From Candidatus Roizmanbacteria bacterium RIFCSPLOWO2_01_FULL_37_16 (GTDB lineage Bacteria > Patescibacteriota > Microgenomatia > UBA1406 > GWC2-37-13), in NCBI GenBank assembly GCA_001789695.1, contig MGAI01000035.1, forward strand, positions 2,274 to 66,273: a DNA stretch of 64,000 nucleotides. Direction: 5' to 3'. The notes beneath the pieces were generated by a model. That model worked only from the letters and a program-made list of their open reading frames with translations. It was not told the origin of the DNA and did not search any database. A program made the position numbers and the translations under genes. Of the stretch, positions 1 to 9,302 are shown piece after piece (positions within the stretch are counted from its first letter, which is position 1; each line of letters begins with the position of its first letter).

Positions 1-1
1 A

Positions 2-2254
2 ATCAGTAAAAAAGGTTATGCCACTTATTTTTTAATTGTCCAAGATTTTGTCAATTGGGCAAAAGCTATGAATGTTGCGGTTGGCCCGGGTAGAGGTTCG
101 GTAGCCGGATCACTGGTGGCCTATGTTTTAGGCATTACCGATATAAATCCGTTGGAGTATAATCTGCCATTTGAGAGATTTTTGAATCCAGATAGGCCTA
201 CTCCTCCTGATATAGATATTGATTTTGCCGATGTCAGACGAGACGAGGTTTTACGCTACGTAACCAAAAAATACGGCGAAGAGAAAGTGGCCCAAATCAT
301 AACCTTTGGCTCCATGGAGGCTCGCCTGGCTGTTCGCGATGTAGTCCGCGCTTTGGGTATGTCTTACTCTCAAGGAGACAGATTAGCTAAAATGATTCCT
401 CCGGGAAAACAGGGTTTTTCCATGTCTATCTCACAGGCCTTAGAAGATTCAGCAGCTCTTAAGTTTGCTTACCAATCCGAACCAGACACAAAAAAAGCCT
501 TAGATATTGCCAGAAAAGTTGAAGGTCTGCCACGCCATGCGTCCGTGCATGCGGCTGGAGTTGTGATAGCCGACAAAGAACTCACCGAATATGTGCCACT
601 TCAGCGTGATAATAAGGAAAATCGAGTTATTACTCAATATGATATGTACTGTCTTGATTTAAACGCAGTATCAGATAATAAAGCCATAGGACTTCTTAAA
701 GTTGACTTTTTGGGACTTCGTAATCTGACAACCCTTGAGAAGTCAATTGACTATGTGCAAAAGTCGACCGGAGAAAAAATTGATATCCATAAAATTCCGC
801 TTGACGAGAAAAAGACATTTGAGCTGATGGGAAAAGGAGAAACAGTTGGAGTTTTTCAACTTGAGTCAGCTGGTATGAGGAGACTGGCTAAGGACCTAAG
901 TCCGACAAAAATTACAGATATTTCCGCCATGGTCGCTTTATATCGTCCAGGCCCGATGGATCTTATTCCGTCATTTCTGGAAAATAAAAAAAATCCAAAA
1001 TTAATTAGATATTTACACCCAGATTTAAAACCAATTCTTGAGGAAACTTACGGAATCTTAGTCTATCAAGAACAGGTGATGGAAATTGCCCATAAGATGG
1101 CTGGTTACTCCATGAACAAGGCTGATAACCTGAGGATGGCAATGGGTAAGAAGAAGAAAGAAATGATGAAAAAAGAAAAGGAAAAATTTATCGAAGGTTG
1201 TATAAATAACGGCTATAAAAAAAGCTTGGCAGAGAAAATTTTTAATTTTATCGAAAAGTTTGCAGCTTACGGTTTCAATAAACCCCATTCAGCCTCTTAT
1301 GGTCTAATTGCCTACTGGACAGCCTATATGAAAGCTAACTATCCGGTGGAATTTATGACGGCGCTTCTTTCTGCCGAACTTCAGGGAATTGCCGGTACGC
1401 AGCGTGAAATAAAGATGGCTCAGGCAATAGAAGAATGTAGGAGGATGGAGATTCAAGTACTTCCTCCTGACATTAATAAATCTAATCACAGTTTCACCAT
1501 TGAAGGTCGAGCAATTCGATTTGGACTATCAGCGATTAAAAACGTAGGAGAAGCGGCAATTGAGGCAATTTTATCAGCGCGAAAAGTCGGAACAATCAAT
1601 TCTTTTAAAGATTTCCTTTATAAAGTTGATCTTAGGAAAGTAAATAAAAAAACAGTTGAAAGCCTAATTAAAGCCGGCGCTTTTTCACATTTTTCAAATC
1701 GAGCCACTCTTTTAGCTTACTACCCCAAAATAGTTGGGGAAATAGCAGATTCTAAGCAAGAAGCAGAAAAAGGGCAATTCAGTCTTTTTCTAGGAGAAAA
1801 CTCAAGCACAAATTTAACCGATAACTTTACCAAAGTTGAGGATTTTAACGAAGACGAGATTCTCCAGATGGAAAAAGAAGTGATTGGCTTTTTAATAACG
1901 AAAAATCCGCTGATAAAATATCAGGGATTAATCATAAAAAAAACGACTAAAAAGATAGGTGATTTACATTATAATGATGTAGGTAAGTCACACATTTTGG
2001 CAGGTATAATAAGCGTCAGAAAGATCATTAAAACCAAAAGAGATAACTCAGAGATGGCATTTATAAATATTTTCGATGAAACAGGATCGATTGAATGTGT
2101 ATTTTTTCCCAAGCTTTACGAAAGGATAAAGGGCTATTTAAGAATAAATAAAGTCATCATGCTTAAGGGCAAAGTAAACGACAGGGATGGAAGGCTTGGC
2201 GTTTTGGTGGATAATGCCGTGGATTTGGACACGGTTATCTTGTCAGGCAGCTAG
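2..2254 (+). CDS. dnaE: DNA polymerase III alpha subunit, C-terminal ~750 aa (5' end outside window)
   Basis: The frame is open from nt 2 (ISKKGYATYFLIVQDFVNWAK precedes the first Met at 68). The translation shows C-family polymerase motifs (GPGRGS, PDIDIDF, HAAGVVI, FNKPHSASYG) and an OB-fold-like tail. Confidence 0.9.
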   Translation: MSKKGYATYFLIVQDFVNWAKAMNVAVGPGRGSVAGSLVAYVLGITDINPLEYNLPFERFLNPDRPTPPDIDIDFADVRRDEVLRYVTKKYGEEKVAQIITFGSMEARLAVRDVVRALGMSYSQGDRLAKMIPPGKQGFSMSISQALEDSAALKFAYQSEPDTKKALDIARKVEGLPRHASVHAAGVVIADKELTEYVPLQRDNKENRVITQYDMYCLDLNAVSDNKAIGLLKVDFLGLRNLTTLEKSIDYVQKSTGEKIDIHKIPLDEKKTFELMGKGETVGVFQLESAGMRRLAKDLSPTKITDISAMVALYRPGPMDLIPSFLENKKNPKLIRYLHPDLKPILEETYGILVYQEQVMEIAHKMAGYSMNKADNLRMAMGKKKKEMMKKEKEKFIEGCINNGYKKSLAEKIFNFIEKFAAYGFNKPHSASYGLIAYWTAYMKANYPVEFMTALLSAELQGIAGTQREIKMAQAIEECRRMEIQVLPPDINKSNHSFTIEGRAIRFGLSAIKNVGEAAIEAILSARKVGTINSFKDFLYKVDLRKVNKKTVESLIKAGAFSHFSNRATLLAYYPKIVGEIADSKQEAEKGQFSLFLGENSSTNLTDNFTKVEDFNEDEILQMEKEVIGFLITKNPLIKYQGLIIKKTTKKIGDLHYNDVGKSHILAGIISVRKIIKTKRDNSEMAFINIFDETGSIECVFFPKLYERIKGYLRINKVIMLKGKVNDRDGRLGVLVDNAVDLDTVILSGS

Positions 2255-2334
2255 CAATTTGCACAAGAATAATGTTTGATATTTTTTTATTTTTATATAG
2301 TCATTTTAGTAAAGTAGATTCTGCCAGATTTTTT

Positions 2335-2426
2335 CCCTCGACTTTTGCTCGGGACTGTAGCCTTCCCGCAAGTGCTCGAACCAGCGGCAGGCTGGAAAAA
2401 TTCTGCGCGCTTGCGGGATCCCTTCC
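2335..2426. repeat. GC-rich structured island upstream of the atp operon
   Basis: About 90 nt of high GC in an AT-rich spacer. It contains nested inverted repeats CCCGCAAG(2365-2372)/CTTGCGGG(2410-2417) and CCAGC-ggcag-GCTGG. The 5' part CGACTTTTGCTCGGGACTGTAGCC resembles 37714-37736 and 54006-54020. Confidence 0.4.
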
Positions 2427-2460
2427 AAATCTGTCACCTACTTTAGCTATTAGTTTTTAT

Positions 2461-2868
2461 ATGAAATTTTCCAATTTAATTCGACACAAGCGGCGAAAAT
2501 TTCATCACGAAGACAAAGAAATTTATCAGGATGTAACAGCAAGCTTTTTTAATGACTTGACGTCGACTAAAGTCACTGATAGAATTAAAGCAGATAAACA
2601 GGTTTATAAGGTTGACGAGGAAGGAAACATTAAGGAGATACCAACAGATAAAACCAAGAAGATTAAGTTAGCTAAAAATAGAAAATCGTTTGACTTGGTA
2701 AATCTTGGACTTAGCTATTATCTTGTCACTCCGCTTATCTTTGGAGTTTTTTCGGGCTTGGCCTTGGATTATTGGTTAAAAACAAAACCTTTATTTTTTA
2801 TTTTTTTTCTTTTTTTAGGTACCTTAGCAAGTTTTTATAACATATTTAAGATTTTGAAAGAAAGATGA
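2461..2868 (+). CDS. AtpZ/AtpI-like small membrane protein of the ATP synthase operon
   Basis: The C-terminal two-TM segment (LGLSYYLVTPLIFGVFSGLALDYWL...LFFIFFLFLGTLASFYNIF) resembles the AtpZ/ATPase_gene1 family. Its stop overlaps the atpB start (ATGA). Start placed at the ATG at 2461 because the ORF-track N-terminus (2272-2460) runs through the GC-rich non-coding element. Confidence 0.55.
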   Translation: MKFSNLIRHKRRKFHHEDKEIYQDVTASFFNDLTSTKVTDRIKADKQVYKVDEEGNIKEIPTDKTKKIKLAKNRKSFDLVNLGLSYYLVTPLIFGVFSGLALDYWLKTKPLFFIFFLFLGTLASFYNIFKILKER

Positions 2869-3641
2869 GTAATAAGCCTCATATTAGCATTAAACCGGAC
2901 GTTTTGTTTCAATTTTTAGGTTTTCCCGTAACTAATTCATATCTAACGGCGATCATAGTCATCGCCATTTTTTTCTTAATCGCAAAATACTATAGAGCAA
3001 ATATAGAAAAAGTCAAAAGATCCAATTTCTTTTATTTACTTCAATTCATCTTTAGAGGAATATATAATTTTTTTCGCAATACAATAGGCGATAAAATTGT
3101 CATGCTTTTTCCTATTTTAGGTTCGCTTTTTATTTATATTCTGCTTTTGAATTGGTTTGGTTTGTTGCCTGGTGTAGGTAGCATTCTGATTCGAATTATA
3201 AAGGCAAACCACGTTCCCGCGGTTGGCGCGATCGAACCGGAATATGAATTTGTTCCACTTCTTCGGGCTAATACGACCGATTTAAATACTACACTGGCTT
3301 TGGCGATTATAGCCTTTTTTTCTATCCAATATTTCGGAATGAAAGAACTGGGAATTTCCGCTTATCTTAAGAAATTCTTTAACTTTTCCAATCCGATTTC
3401 GTTTTTTGTTGGATTTTTGGAAGTTGTCTCTGAATTCTCTAAAGTTTTATCTTTTTCATTTCGATTATTTGGCAATATCTTTGCGGGGGAAGTACTACTG
3501 ACGATAATTGCCTTTTTAATGCCGGTATTAGCTTCTTTCCCCTTTCTTTTGCTGGAAACTTTTGTTGGTTTAATACAAGCTTTGGTGTTTTCAACTTTGA
3601 CCGCGGTTTTTATTTTAAACGCAACAGCCAAAAGCCATTAA
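2865..3641 (+). CDS. atpB: F0F1 ATP synthase subunit a
   Basis: Multi-TM protein with the conserved subunit-a C-terminal motif (SFSFRLFGNIFAGEVLL, essential Arg). Position in the atp operon fits. Confidence 0.9.
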   Translation: MSNKPHISIKPDVLFQFLGFPVTNSYLTAIIVIAIFFLIAKYYRANIEKVKRSNFFYLLQFIFRGIYNFFRNTIGDKIVMLFPILGSLFIYILLLNWFGLLPGVGSILIRIIKANHVPAVGAIEPEYEFVPLLRANTTDLNTTLALAIIAFFSIQYFGMKELGISAYLKKFFNFSNPISFFVGFLEVVSEFSKVLSFSFRLFGNIFAGEVLLTIIAFLMPVLASFPFLLLETFVGLIQALVFSTLTAVFILNATAKSH

Positions 3642-3819
3642 TATGATGTTAATGATGCAAATCACTATACTAATCTATAAATATGCTAATTCAGATTATA
3701 AATGATATATATTTATCGTAAACGTTCGCTTGAAACTTAAATAGCTTGCGATACAAATTGGGGAAAATCGTTGGGAAAAAACCGCTGGGTTTTGTCCCAA
3801 ATCGAAAGTGAGGTGATAA

Positions 3820-4050
<231 letters not shown>

Positions 4051-4059
4051 AAAAAATCT

Positions 4060-4569
4060 ATGGGACAATTAGGTTTGGACATAAAACAGATTGTTGCTCA
4101 AGTTTTGAATTTTATCTTATTTTTTCTAATTTTCAAAAAATTCATTGCTTCGCCTTTTGCTAATTTTTTAAATCAGGAGCAAAGGAAAGAGAAGGAAGCG
4201 CAAGATATTTTAACCAAGTTAAAGCAGGATGAGGAATCTTTGCTGCAAAAACAGGTACGGTTGAAACAAGAAATGAAGAAAGAGATGGATAAAGCTTTAA
4301 AAGAAGCCAAAAAAGAAGCAGAACTCATTAAAAATCAGTTAATAACCGAGGCCAAAAAAGAAGCAGACGAAATAAAAAAAAGAGCAAAAATACAACTTGA
4401 AGATGAAAGAGAAAAACTCGACCGATCGGTAAAAGAAAAGCTGGTAGATTTGAGTGTAGCTATCGTCAATCGTGCCTTTAAAGAATATCTTGATGATGAG
4501 ACAAAGAAAAAGATAACACAATATATTCTCGCTAATTTGACGAAAGATATAATTTATTATGAAAATTGA
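4060..4569 (+). CDS. atpF: F0F1 ATP synthase subunit b
   Basis: One N-terminal TM helix followed by a long K/E-rich coiled coil. Operon position fits. Confidence 0.8.
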   Translation: MGQLGLDIKQIVAQVLNFILFFLIFKKFIASPFANFLNQEQRKEKEAQDILTKLKQDEESLLQKQVRLKQEMKKEMDKALKEAKKEAELIKNQLITEAKKEADEIKKRAKIQLEDEREKLDRSVKEKLVDLSVAIVNRAFKEYLDDETKKKITQYILANLTKDIIYYEN

Positions 4570-4846
4570 TAAAAGTATAAAAGAGAGTCTCAAAAAATAC
4601 CTGGCTGAGTTACTCAAGAAAGAAAAAGAAAAAATTACTTTGATTTCGGCATATCCTCTTGATAATACTGAGTTATCTCCATTATATGAATATATTCCAG
4701 ACTTAAAAGAATCTCAAATCAGTTTCGTCATTGATAAAAAAATTTTAGCCGGCGTAGTCATAAAAATTGGCAGCAAAGTTATTGATTTAAGCCTAAGTGA
4801 TAGATTAAACCAGTTGAGAAACAAAATATATGAAATTGATCGATGA
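4559..4846 (+). CDS. atpH: F0F1 ATP synthase subunit delta, short form (95 aa)
   Basis: The C-terminal OSCP/delta signature (ILAGVVIKIGSKVIDLSLSDRLNQL) is present, but the protein is roughly half the usual length. It overlaps atpF by 11 nt and atpA by 17 nt. Confidence 0.6.
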   Translation: MKIDKSIKESLKKYLAELLKKEKEKITLISAYPLDNTELSPLYEYIPDLKESQISFVIDKKILAGVVIKIGSKVIDLSLSDRLNQLRNKIYEIDR

Positions 4847-6326
4847 ATATCTAGAAAAGATAGAGAGAGAGCTGCAATCTGGCAAAACAAAAATAAAAGC
4901 AGAAGAGACCGGCACTGTGATAGAAGTAAAAGACGGTGTGGTATTTTTAGAAGGTTTGGACGAGGTTAGCTTTGGAGAGTTGATTCAATTTGAGCAAAAA
5001 CAGACAGGTTATGTCATCGACATTAGCGAATACAGCGTAGGCGCTATTATTTTAGGCGATTATTTATCAATCAAGACGGGAAACAAAGCATCAGCTTTGG
5101 GATTTACTTTATCAATCCCTGTTTCAAACGACCTTTTGGGAAGAGTTTTTGATCCCCTAATCAATCCTTTAGATGAACAAAAGAAAATTGAGACAAAAGA
5201 GTTTTATCCCGTAGAAAAAGTCGCCCCAAACGTGGTGAAACGAATACCTGTTAACCTGCCAATTCAAACAGGCATAAAAGCTATTGATGCTTTGATTCCC
5301 ATAGGTAGAGGACAAAGAGAGCTTATAATTGGCGACAGAGGAACAGGCAAGACGACCCTGGCTGTTGATACAATCCTAAATCAAAAAAACGAAAATGTGA
5401 TCTGTATTTATTGTGCAATAGGACAAAAGAACTCAAAGGTGGCATCGCTTATTGATCTTTTTAAAATACAAAACGTAATGGATTATACGATCGTGGTGAA
5501 TGCTTCCTCGTCTGATTCGGCGGCAATGCAGTATCTGGCACCGTATTCAGCCTGCGCTATCGGTGAATATTTTATGGATAAGGGTAAAGATGTTTTAATT
5601 ATTTATGACGATTTAACCAAACACGCCTGGGCACATAGGGAAATTTCTCTGATCTTACGAAGACCGGCAGGACGCGAGGCATACCCGGGTGATATTTTTT
5701 ATCTTCACTCAAGACTCTTGGAGAGATCATGTCGACTAAATAAGAAGTATGGGGGTGGGTCCTTGACCGCGCTTCCTATTATCGAAACTTTGGAGGGAGA
5801 TCTTTCTTCCTATATTCCCACCAACGTCATCTCGATTACAGACGGACAGATATATTTAGAAACAGATCTTTTTAATGCCGGTATCAGGCCAGCTATAAAC
5901 GTAGGTTTATCGGTGTCACGGGTTGGAGGAAATGCTCAAACTAAAGCCATTAAGTCTGTTTCCGGCAGGTTAAAACTAGATTTAGCTCAATATCGTGAGA
6001 TGGCAGCCTTTTCCCAATTTGAATCAGAGTTAGACGAGGAAACGAAAAAATTTTTAAATAGAGGTGCCCGAATCACACAAGTTCTTAAACAAAAGAAAAA
6101 TAATCCATACTCTTTGGCCCAAGAAGTAGCAATTATTTGGACGGCAGCTAATGGTTATCTTGATGATCTTTCTCTTGAGAGAGTTGAAAATTTTGAGGCC
6201 AAACTGCTGGCTGATTTAAATACCAGAGGAAGACCGCTTTTGGCAAGAATCAACAAGAATAAAATATTAGAGAAAAAAGACGAGGAGGTGTTGAAAAGAT
6301 TCGTAAGAGAGAATCTTAGTATCTAG
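4830..6326 (+). CDS. atpA: F0F1 ATP synthase subunit alpha
   Basis: Walker A GDRGTGKT and typical alpha motifs (IYDDLTKHA, PGREAYPGDIFYLHSRLLER). Confidence 0.95.
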   Translation: MKLIDEYLEKIERELQSGKTKIKAEETGTVIEVKDGVVFLEGLDEVSFGELIQFEQKQTGYVIDISEYSVGAIILGDYLSIKTGNKASALGFTLSIPVSNDLLGRVFDPLINPLDEQKKIETKEFYPVEKVAPNVVKRIPVNLPIQTGIKAIDALIPIGRGQRELIIGDRGTGKTTLAVDTILNQKNENVICIYCAIGQKNSKVASLIDLFKIQNVMDYTIVVNASSSDSAAMQYLAPYSACAIGEYFMDKGKDVLIIYDDLTKHAWAHREISLILRRPAGREAYPGDIFYLHSRLLERSCRLNKKYGGGSLTALPIIETLEGDLSSYIPTNVISITDGQIYLETDLFNAGIRPAINVGLSVSRVGGNAQTKAIKSVSGRLKLDLAQYREMAAFSQFESELDEETKKFLNRGARITQVLKQKKNNPYSLAQEVAIIWTAANGYLDDLSLERVENFEAKLLADLNTRGRPLLARINKNKILEKKDEEVLKRFVRENLSI

Positions 6327-6405
6327 TATAAAGTATTTAGTATTACGTATAAAAATATTTAATAAAAATACTAGATACTTGATACTTTATACCTAATACT
6401 TTTTG
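6315..6405. repeat. Heptamer-built palindrome (AGTATNN)n ... (NNATACT)n followed by a T-run
   Basis: Left arm cttAGTATctAGTATaaAGTATttAGTATta (includes the atpA TAG stop). Right arm aATACTagATACTtgATACTttATACctaATACT, then TTTTT. The arms are imperfectly complementary, with a 12-bp core containing one mismatch flanked by two 5-bp blocks. Confidence 0.6.
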
Positions 6406-6407
6406 AT

Positions 6408-7268
6408 ATGAACCTTAGGCAGGTGAGAAAAAAAATTAAATCGATAAGTAACGTTAAAAAAATCACTAAAGCCATGCAGCTGGTTTCAGCTGTTAAAATG
6501 CGAAAAGCACAGCAATTTGAAATAGACGGAAGACCATATCGAAGCACTCTTGAAAGGATAATTGAAAAAATCTTACCAACAGTCAACAAAAAATTGTCTA
6601 GGTTAATGCAACAAAGTCAAGGCAAGAGCGATAAAAAACTGGTGATTTTGATTAGCTCAAATAAAGGTTTAAGCGGAGCCTTTCTCATAAATTTGTATAG
6701 ATTTATGCAACAGTCTAAGATAGATTTTTCCAAGACAGATTTTGTGACGGTCGGATCCAAAGGAGCCCAATTAGTCTCAAGAATCGGTGCTAAAGTTTTA
6801 GCTGATTATTCAAAGGCGAAATTCTTAAGTCAGGTTTCTTCGCTATTCTCATTTGTTCTTGAGAGATTTTTAAAGGAAGAGTACTATACTATTTCAATCA
6901 TCTACAACCGCTATATCTCGGCTTTCAGATCAGAGCCGGTAGAGGATATATTATTACCTTTTGAGTGGAGAGAAGAAGAAGAGGAAGAAGAAAAATTTCA
7001 GATATTTGAATATACGATCGAACCCTCGGTGCAAGAGTTGATTGAGCCACTTTTAAAAAACTTTTTAGAAGAAAAAATCAGGGGAGCTATAATCAGTAGT
7101 GAAGCTGTCGAACACGCCCAGCGTATGATGGCAATGAAAAACGCAACCGATAATGCTTCGGATATTATCTATGATTTGACTTTGCTGGGTAATAAATTGA
7201 GGCAAGAGAAAATAACCAATGAGCTTTTAGATATGATAACGGCTAAAGAATCAGTAGAAGCTAGTTAA
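6408..7268 (+). CDS. atpG: F0F1 ATP synthase subunit gamma
   Basis: N-terminal motif (IKSISNVKKITKAMQLVSAVKMRKAQ) and C-terminal motif (ITNELLDMITAKES) of gamma. Contains an acidic run REEEEEEE. Confidence 0.9.
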   Translation: MNLRQVRKKIKSISNVKKITKAMQLVSAVKMRKAQQFEIDGRPYRSTLERIIEKILPTVNKKLSRLMQQSQGKSDKKLVILISSNKGLSGAFLINLYRFMQQSKIDFSKTDFVTVGSKGAQLVSRIGAKVLADYSKAKFLSQVSSLFSFVLERFLKEEYYTISIIYNRYISAFRSEPVEDILLPFEWREEEEEEEKFQIFEYTIEPSVQELIEPLLKNFLEEKIRGAIISSEAVEHAQRMMAMKNATDNASDIIYDLTLLGNKLRQEKITNELLDMITAKESVEAS

Positions 7269-7302
7269 GCAAATTAAATAAGTTAAAAGTAGTTTAAATT
7301 AG

Positions 7303-8679
<1,377 letters not shown>

Positions 8680-8698
8680 CTCACATAATTCAATAAAT

Positions 8699-8779
8699 TG
8701 TGAGTCACCCCCGGGAGCTAAACGACGAGAGATCCCGTTACAATAAATTCAGATGCTGAAACGAGTTCAGGATGACAAT
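8699..8779 (+). repeat. GC-rich intergenic element, copy 1 (atpD-atpC spacer)
   Basis: TGTGAGTCAC...GGGAGCTAAACGACGAG...CTGAAACgagTTCAGGATGACAAT. About 75-80% identical by eye to the reverse complement of 53978-54085. It is preceded by a perfect 10-bp hairpin GTGACTCACA/TGTGAGTCAC (8675-8708) that includes the atpD stop. Confidence 0.6.
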
Positions 8780-8785
8780 ACTAAT

Positions 8786-9193
8786 ATGTCGACTATTCAT
8801 CTTAAAATTATTACACCGCAAAAAATTACCCTGGAAGCCGATGTATTATCGGTAACTGTGCCATCCGCAGAGGGAGAAATAACAATTCTACCGCACCACA
8901 TAAACCTATTTAGTCTTCTCTACGAAGGAATTATCAAGATAAAACCTGAAAAATATTTAGCTATTGGTGGCGGATATGTAGAAACTGATGGAGATGAAGT
9001 CAATATTTTAGTCTCTCGAGCTTATGGTCAAGACAAGATAGATGCCAAAGCGACAGAAAGGGCAATCGAAGAAGCAAAGCAGATTTTAGAGAAAACAAAA
9101 AATGAATCAGAGCGTCAAAAGGCTATATTAACTCTCCGCCGGTCGTTGATCGACATGAAATTAATCAAAAGACGCAAAAGACAATCTCCATAA
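8786..9193 (+). CDS. atpC: F0F1 ATP synthase subunit epsilon
   Basis: MSTIHLKIITPQK...VTVPSAEGEITILPHH is a typical epsilon N-terminus. Start moved to the ATG at 8786 because the 11 upstream codons of the ORF track lie inside the repeat element. Confidence 0.85.
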   Translation: MSTIHLKIITPQKITLEADVLSVTVPSAEGEITILPHHINLFSLLYEGIIKIKPEKYLAIGGGYVETDGDEVNILVSRAYGQDKIDAKATERAIEEAKQILEKTKNESERQKAILTLRRSLIDMKLIKRRKRQSP

Positions 9194-9218
9194 TGAGCTA
9201 TAATAGCAAATAGTATCT

Positions 9219-9295
9219 AGTATTTAGTATAAAGTATCCAGTATCAAGAAGCTTTCTTTTTTTTAGATTAAATACTTTATACTTAATACTTTTTT
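9219..9295 (+). terminator. Long AT hairpin plus T-run after atpC (heptamer-palindrome family)
   Basis: AGTATTTAGTATAAAGTAT (9219-9237) pairs with ATACTTTATACTTAATACT (9272-9290), 18 of 19 bp, followed by T5-6. The loop holds an inner hairpin AAGAA-gct-TTCTT. Confidence 0.55.
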
Positions 9296-9302
9296 AAGCA
9301 AT

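Noticed and set aside
1058-1489. Antisense or out-of-frame ORFs nested in long conserved genes. Examples: 1058-1288 and 1304-1489 in dnaE, 3362-3631 in atpB, 4339-4617, 7404-8048 in atpD, 10853-11179 in topA, 12115-13213 in ruvAB, 16936-17287, 21007-21375, 25901-26206, 35180-36480, 45651-45944, 48796-49110, 50975-51677 and 52577-53128.
   Set aside because: Each is fully overlapped by a gene with strong family motifs on the other strand or frame. Their low-complexity, hydrophobic or basic compositions are typical of shadow ORFs in AT-rich DNA.
2335-2426. The GC-rich island as a tRNA or SRP RNA. The minus strand contains GGTTCGAGC, which is T-loop-like.
   Set aside because: No cloverleaf can be drawn, because there is no complementary T-stem or acceptor stem. 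The SRP domain IV motifs are not recognisable by eye either. It needs a covariance-model scan before any RNA family call.
2272-2460. N-terminal 63 codons of the ORF 2272-2868.
   Set aside because: This stretch runs through the GC-rich hairpin island, has no protein-like features, and precedes a good internal ATG at 2461. It is treated as non-coding.
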